Shown here in pieces: positions 58,641-64,000 of a stretch of 64,000 nt of DNA. The translations under genes were made by a program, and so were the position numbers. The stretch lies in the NCBI GenBank assembly GCA_001179505.1, contig CDMY01000450.1, positions 10,255-74,254 on the forward strand. The letters are read 5' to 3'. Every line of letters begins with the position of its first letter. The stretch's first letter is position 1. This stretch comes from Vitrella brassicaformis CCMP3155 (taxonomy: Eukaryota; Protista; Chromerida). Under the pieces are notes generated by a model. That model was not told where the DNA came from. It did not search any database and was given only the letters and a program-made list of their open reading frames with translations.

Positions 58641-60483
58641 ATGCTGCACAGCGCTCCTTATCCGGTAGTTATATTCGCATCGTTGTTTCTTTCTTCCCTA
58701 CTGCCGCTGTGCGAGGGAGGCCTCACACGGTCATTCTTGTAAGCCGAAAGTCGATGGGGGGGAAGGCCGGAGGAGAGGAGCTGTGGAATGTGGTGCGGTG
58801 CACTGACTGACGGTGGTTTCTCTGTGCTGTGCTGTGCCTTCCCCTCTGCATGTGTGTGTGCCATGTGTCTGTCAGTTCTACAGGCATCGGGCTGCTGCTG
58901 TTTTTGTGGATATGGGGAGATCTGCTGTGGTTTGCTTTCGTCCTGCTGGCGGGCTCATACGTCATCACACAGGCGCTGCATCGGACCAAGTACTGCGGCC
59001 TGGTGGGGACGTCTTTCTCGTTCATCTTGGCGAACCTGCTGCGAGTGGCGGCCCACCACAACTGGGCCAAGGTGACTCTATCGGCTGACCTGTGCCTGTA
59101 CATGCTGGCGCTGCGGGTGTCGACGGTGGCCTGGCACGCGCAGGACCACAAGCAGGTGCCGCGCTTCCTCGACGTGGTCCACTTCATCTTCTTTTTCCCC
59201 GGCATGAGCACCGGCCCCAACTTGTCGTACGAGAGCGTCCAGAAGGCCCTCACCGACCCCAACACGCACAAGAGCAACCCGATGCTCTTCATCTGGCGGC
59301 GCGTCAAGGAGACCATCTTCCATTTGACGGCCTTCATGCTCTTCATGACCTTTGTGGATGAGGCCAAGGAGGTCATCAGCACGTCGGAGGAGTTCCAGCA
59401 GTGGCCCTTCCTGCAGCGATTCGCCTACATCCACTTCTTCTGCTTCATGCGGCGGGCACAGATCGGCTTCGTCTGGTTCATTGCCGAGTGCACCTGCGCC
59501 TTATCGGGGCTGGGCTATCGGGAGGACGTCACTGACCGGTCGGGAGCCAAGATCGACGAGGACGTGATCAAGGCGTGGGACCCGGCACTTGAGCTGGCCA
59601 CATCGACCAAGCTCAAGGTGCGCATGTGGAACTGTAGCGTGCAGACCTGGCTGGCCATCAATGTCTACAAGCGACTACCAAGCAAAATGTATGTAAGCAA
59701 GACAGACGAGGGAGGGAGCATGGGATATATGGGTCCTTGCAGTTAGTGCAGGAGGGCACGGGACGGTCGAGATGCAATCAATCAATGCATTCAGTTATTG
59801 TGTGTGCGGGGCGGGTGGGGTGTTTCTTTCAGGCCCAAGATGGTCCGTCGTGTGGTGGCCCTGTCGGTGAGTGCCTTTTGGCACGGGGTGGATCCCGGCC
59901 TGTACATCTCGTTCGTCCTGTACCCGTTTTTCGAGCTGGCCGAGGGCACACTCACTGACCTCAAGTGGCCCGGAGAAGACAATCCCACAATCGCCCTCGT
60001 ATACAGAGCAGTACGTACGCGCCACAGGCAGGGCAGAAGAGACAGACAAAGAGATGAATCGATCACCTCTGTCTGTCTGTAAACCAGGTGCGCATAGTGA
60101 TAGCGACGCTGACGATGGACTTCGCGTTGGTGCCCTTCCAGCTGCTCACCTTTGAGGCCTCCTGGCGCGCATGGAAGGCGCTCCACTTCTACGGCTTCGG
60201 GGTGGCTGCCGTCTTTTTCGTGACGGGCAAGGCCATCCGACGCAACATCCGGCACCTCAAGAAGCGCAGGACCGCCGAGATGCTGGAGGTGCCCCCGAGC
60301 AAGCTGAAGGCACAGGAGCCCGTGTTTCTCGCGCCTTCGGGCGGCCCGCCTCTGTCTGAGGATCCCACTTTCAGCCCTGAGGTGCTGGAGGATAGCGACG
60401 TGAACGGGTCCGGGTCAGCGAAGCAGCGGCGGAGGGGCAACAAAGACATGTCTGACAAGGCCAACCGTGACAAGGGTGATTGA
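58641..60483 (+). CDS. MBOAT-family membrane-bound O-acyltransferase (lysophospholipid acyltransferase-like)
   Basis: Multiple TM segments, FFFPGMSTGP, GFVWFIAECTCALSGLG, WNCSVQTWLAINVYKR, and SAFWHGVDPGLYISF with the catalytic His. Confidence 0.92.
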
Positions 60484-60810
60484 TTGAAGAGACAGCTAGC
60501 AGGGCAGAGGGACAGACAGATGAGTGAGAGAGTGGGGTCGTTGTTGTAGTTGTTGTGAGGGGATGGATAGATAGATAGGTAGAAGCGGTAGCTGTCTGTC
60601 TGTCTGTCTGTACAATCGAGGGACGAGATAGATTGTTTCGATTATTGGTTCATGTCAGTCATGCCTGTGCAGACTATCCATGGCAGCCATCTGTGCGGAC
60701 CGGACTTCTCTGATCGACTGTGAAAGTGTCACGAGAACACGTTTGTCAAGGCATTCAACAGCTGCAAATATGTATATCCCACACGAATGAATGAAACACC
60801 GCCCACTCAG

Positions 60811-61441
60811 TCAGTCTTCCTCGAGCGGCCTCCCCCAGGTAGCGGCACGACTGCAGCGTCGAAGTGCCTTGACTGCGTCCCCGCAGTTCAGCTTGTCCTT
60901 CTCCGTGGTGTAGCACTCCAGCACTGCACGACTCTCATCCTCACACGGCACCGGACGCTCCTTCAACCTGACACACAACACACAACACACACACACACAC
61001 ACACATGGACACATTGACACACACAGACACAGAGGGAGGGAGAGGCAAATATTTGCCTCACTCCCGGCATGTCTGTCTTTCTGTCTATCTGTCTGACTTG
61101 AATGCTCACTTGAGGATTTTGCTTTCGAGTCTGGTCATCTCCGCCTCCATCGCCTCCCTCTTTGTCTTCTCGAATTCCGCCAGCAGCTTCATGCGATACT
61201 CCCTCTCCCACTGTGCCCTGAGCTCCGCCACTGTCGCCTCGTCTAGCGGTCTGCTTGGCGCTGCAGGGGCGGCAGGGGCTTCTGATGCATCCAGTGATGT
61301 CTGTGGCTGAGGGGGTGGTTGCGGCGCGCCCTCGGTGGTGCTGTAGGTGTGGAGGAAATCGGGGGTGAGGATGATCTCATTGGTGGCAGCTGGCGGACTG
61401 GACTCGGGAGTTTCGGATGGAGTGGACGATGATCCACCCAT
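60811..61441 (-). CDS. MIC19: MIC19/CHCHD3-like MICOS subunit candidate, 2 exons
   Basis: MGGSSS myristoylation motif, coiled coil (ELRAQWEREYRMKLLAEFEKTKREAMEAEMTRLE), and after an in-frame intron a twin CX9C: PCEDESRAVLEC-YTTEKDKLN-CGDAVKALRRC. Confidence 0.75.
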
Positions 61442-61720
61442 TCTGATGACCAGAGTGCCGATTTGTGACGGCGATCGCCTGGCGCTCTAGGAAGTGTTCA
61501 CATCATCATGCTCTCCCCTTTTCTCTCTCAGTATACTGTACAACCATGGATGAATGTATGACTGCATGCACTTCCCACTCACGTCACGACACGGCGCCCA
61601 TCCCACCCTCAACCAACGATACAACCAACCCCTCTCCCTCCCAAGACAAAAAACACACATACACTGTCTGTCCGGTCCGTCCATCCCTGTCTGTCCGTCC
61701 TCATCTCTCCCGCCACTCAA

Positions 61721-63546
61721 TCACTGTCTGTCCCCTTGGCCATGCTGCTGGCTGTCTGGCGGTGCCGCCGAGCTCGACGAGGCAGGCTGGCGCTGCATGT
61801 CCCCCTCGTGACTCAACTGGCGCTGCAACTGATCTGCACCCATTACACACACGCACACACACACACGCGGTGTCTTTCCTTCATGATGCCTTGTGAGTGC
61901 GGTGCGGTGCGGTGCGGTGGTGACCTCTCCGTTCTCTCTTCCTCCGTTCGTACTCCTCGTCATCGGTTGGCAGCTCATACCGACACACAGGACATGTGTT
62001 GTGCTGCTCAAGCCTGAACACGACACAACACAAGACACACCAACCACAACGACCATTCCGCTGTGGCCTCCCTGCCTCCCTCCCCTCCCTCCCTCCCTCC
62101 GTGTTACCATGGCCGGATACAGGCGACGTGGAACATGTGGCTGCACCACTCGGGATTCTCTGAAAGTTTCCACGCATCATCGCCCTCCTTCAGGTAATCC
62201 TGGCAAATCGTGCACTCAAGGCCCGACGCTGCAACAGGGGAGGGAGCGATGCATTGTATTTGCCGCCTGGCTTCTGGGCTCTGCAACCGAGTCATACATG
62301 TGATGCTTTGCTTGCCTGCCTCCTCCTTGGTGATTCTGTGGGTCGGCATGTGCTCCAGGATGTGGCGGGCCGTCGGCGGAGACCTGTTGGGCCTGCACGG
62401 CATGAGAGAAGTACAGCACAGCACAGCACACCATAACACAACACAGCACAAGACAAGACGACACAATGAAGAGGATATGAGACTTTGTGGCGTGTGTTGT
62501 GTGTAGTACACACGTACATTTCTTCTTGGTCCATCATGCTCTGCACGATCCGCTCCATGAAGCGATCGAGCGAAAACGGACTGTCGCTGTCACCGCCACC
62601 GAACATCAAACTGCCAAACAAGACAGACACATGAACAACCATACGACAAGGTGTGGATCCGTCAACGCCAGCCGCTGCATGCCCTCCCTGCTCGTTTGTC
62701 GTACTTGCTGAGGCTCTCCAGGAAGTGCTGGCTCTCATCTTGGCCCTGGACGAAGTGGCCCCCTGTTGCTGTGGGCTCGTACCGCCACACCCTGGCTGTG
62801 CCGTACTGCTGAGGCCCACCCGACTGCGCCATGAGGTTTGAGAAGATCGTGCTGAAGGGGAAGGGCAGGCCGTTGGCAGCACCACTCCCGGACCCGTCTC
62901 CCCCTCCCCCTCGCCCTCTCCCCGTGTTGGCGTTGAGTCGCACGACCGTCAGCCCACCATGCTGTGAGATCTCAGGACCGCTGCCAGGCGGTGGCCTGTG
63001 TGGGGTGGGGGGGACGACACACAAAAGCATATATCAATGACAGACACACATCGATGTGATTGATGTAGGTGTCACTCTCGTCCAGACATCTGGAGCATGA
63101 GCTCACATGTGCTGCGAGAAGGCAGAGAGCAGTTGGTGGATGTTCGATGGCGCTGGGATGTCGCCGCCACTCCCCGCCATCTGTGCGGGCTGTGACGGCT
63201 GCTGTGGCGGGGGTGGTGCTTGTGGCGCCTCTGGTTCGTGCTGCACAGGCTGTGTGGATGCCGCCATCGCACGTGAAAAAAGACTCAGCAGTGAGCCGAA
63301 GGGCAAACCACCACCGGGAGCAGCTGGAGAATCCCCTGGTGCCGTGGCGGCCTCGTCCAGTTCCTCCACGAACCCCTCGCCACATGTGTCGCATACCACA
63401 TCACCTGAGGAGAGAGGAAGGCAACGCGCAAGCATCCATGCGTCTTCCTGCCTGCCTGTGTTGGTGGGTGTGTGTTTCAAACGCGTACCGGTATCGGTTG
63501 TGTGGACAGACGCTCGCGTGTCACACGTGTGACAAAAGAAAGCCAT
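61721..63546 (-). CDS. RING-H2 E3 ubiquitin ligase, RNF115/RNF126-like (N-terminal zinc ribbon plus C-terminal RING-H2)
   Basis: MAFFCHTCD...|GDVVCDTCGEGFVEEL at the N-terminus; CTICQDYLKEGDDA...CSHMFHVACIRPW|LEQHNTCPVCRYELPTDD at the C-terminus. Confidence 0.92.
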
Positions 63547-63759
63547 TCTCTCACACGCAGCCACGGATAGAGATTGAGCGACGATTGATCGGAATGAAAG
63601 GGAAGAAAGCTCGCATTGCCGTGAAACTGCTCTCTCGGGGCCTGGGGGCAGGAAAGGGCATCTCTGTCTTCCCTCCATCCCCTTCCTCCGCGTCTTGCCA
63701 TTCCAGCGAGCGCCGGCAGCCCCTGCAGTGCTTGATTGTGTCAGAAGTGCAAGTCGGTC

Positions 63760-63782
63760 CAGGGTTTAGGGTCTAGGGTTCA
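63760..63782. promoter_or_regulatory. Telobox-like degenerate telomeric heptamers (AGGGTTT AGGGTCT AGGGTTC); related dyads at 13360-13380, 49609-49634 and 51469-51503
   Basis: Read directly from the sequence. Each copy is about 30-250 bp upstream of a predicted start codon. Confidence 0.4.
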
Positions 63783-64000
63783 TAGACCGACGATCCACTG
63801 ATCTGTGAGACAGGACGGCTGTTGAGTCTGTCCGTTCCATGAGACAGGCCATGGCGGACAGGACGTCAGACAGGATGGACTGACGCATACTACATGTCCT
63901 ACATGGACTCTCCACAAAATCCACAGACCTTACGTTGCATTGACTTAATCCTTTATCCGGGACTGACCGCCCGGCAGATCCTCTCTTCACCATTCTCCCC

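Noticed and set aside
1-64000. rRNA, tRNA, transposase, reverse transcriptase or viral hallmark genes
   Set aside because: None was recognised by eye. Small structured RNAs cannot be excluded without tRNAscan-SE and Infernal/Rfam.

Overview
This is a eukaryotic, GC-rich, intron-dense genomic window. Introns are short (about 50-190 nt), mostly GT-AG, and rich in CA/TG and GACA microsatellites. Sequence style and gene content suggest the chromerid alveolate Vitrella brassicaformis or a close relative (inference only). I reconstructed about 20 spliced genes by hand. Recognisable genes: TRAP1/HSP75, an EH-domain synergin-gamma-like adaptor, a J-domain protein, DBR1, a divergent FAD monooxygenase, DCC1, CCDC86/Cgr1, a cystathionine gamma-lyase/synthase-family enzyme, an intronless SHMT, a heptatricopeptide-repeat (HPR)/RAP protein, an MBOAT acyltransferase, a MIC19/CHCHD3-like protein and an RNF115/126-like E3 ligase, plus several orphans. 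The most notable structures are four. (1) One gene encodes two complete kinase domains, made by an in-frame 1.92-kb exon-intron duplication joined through a PPGM repeat. (2) Three dispersed copies of an intronless ankyrin-like family share non-coding flanks; one is intact, one has a 1-bp frameshift and one has a microhomology-bounded deletion. (3) Shared elements (TGAAACCGCT and telobox-like AGGGTTT/AAACCCT dyads) recur upstream of unrelated genes, often between head-to-head pairs. (4) MIC19-like and synergin-gamma-like genes appear in an alveolate. I see no rRNA, tRNA, CRISPR array or transposase. There is one 300-N assembly gap. All exon models are manual and lack RNA-seq support.
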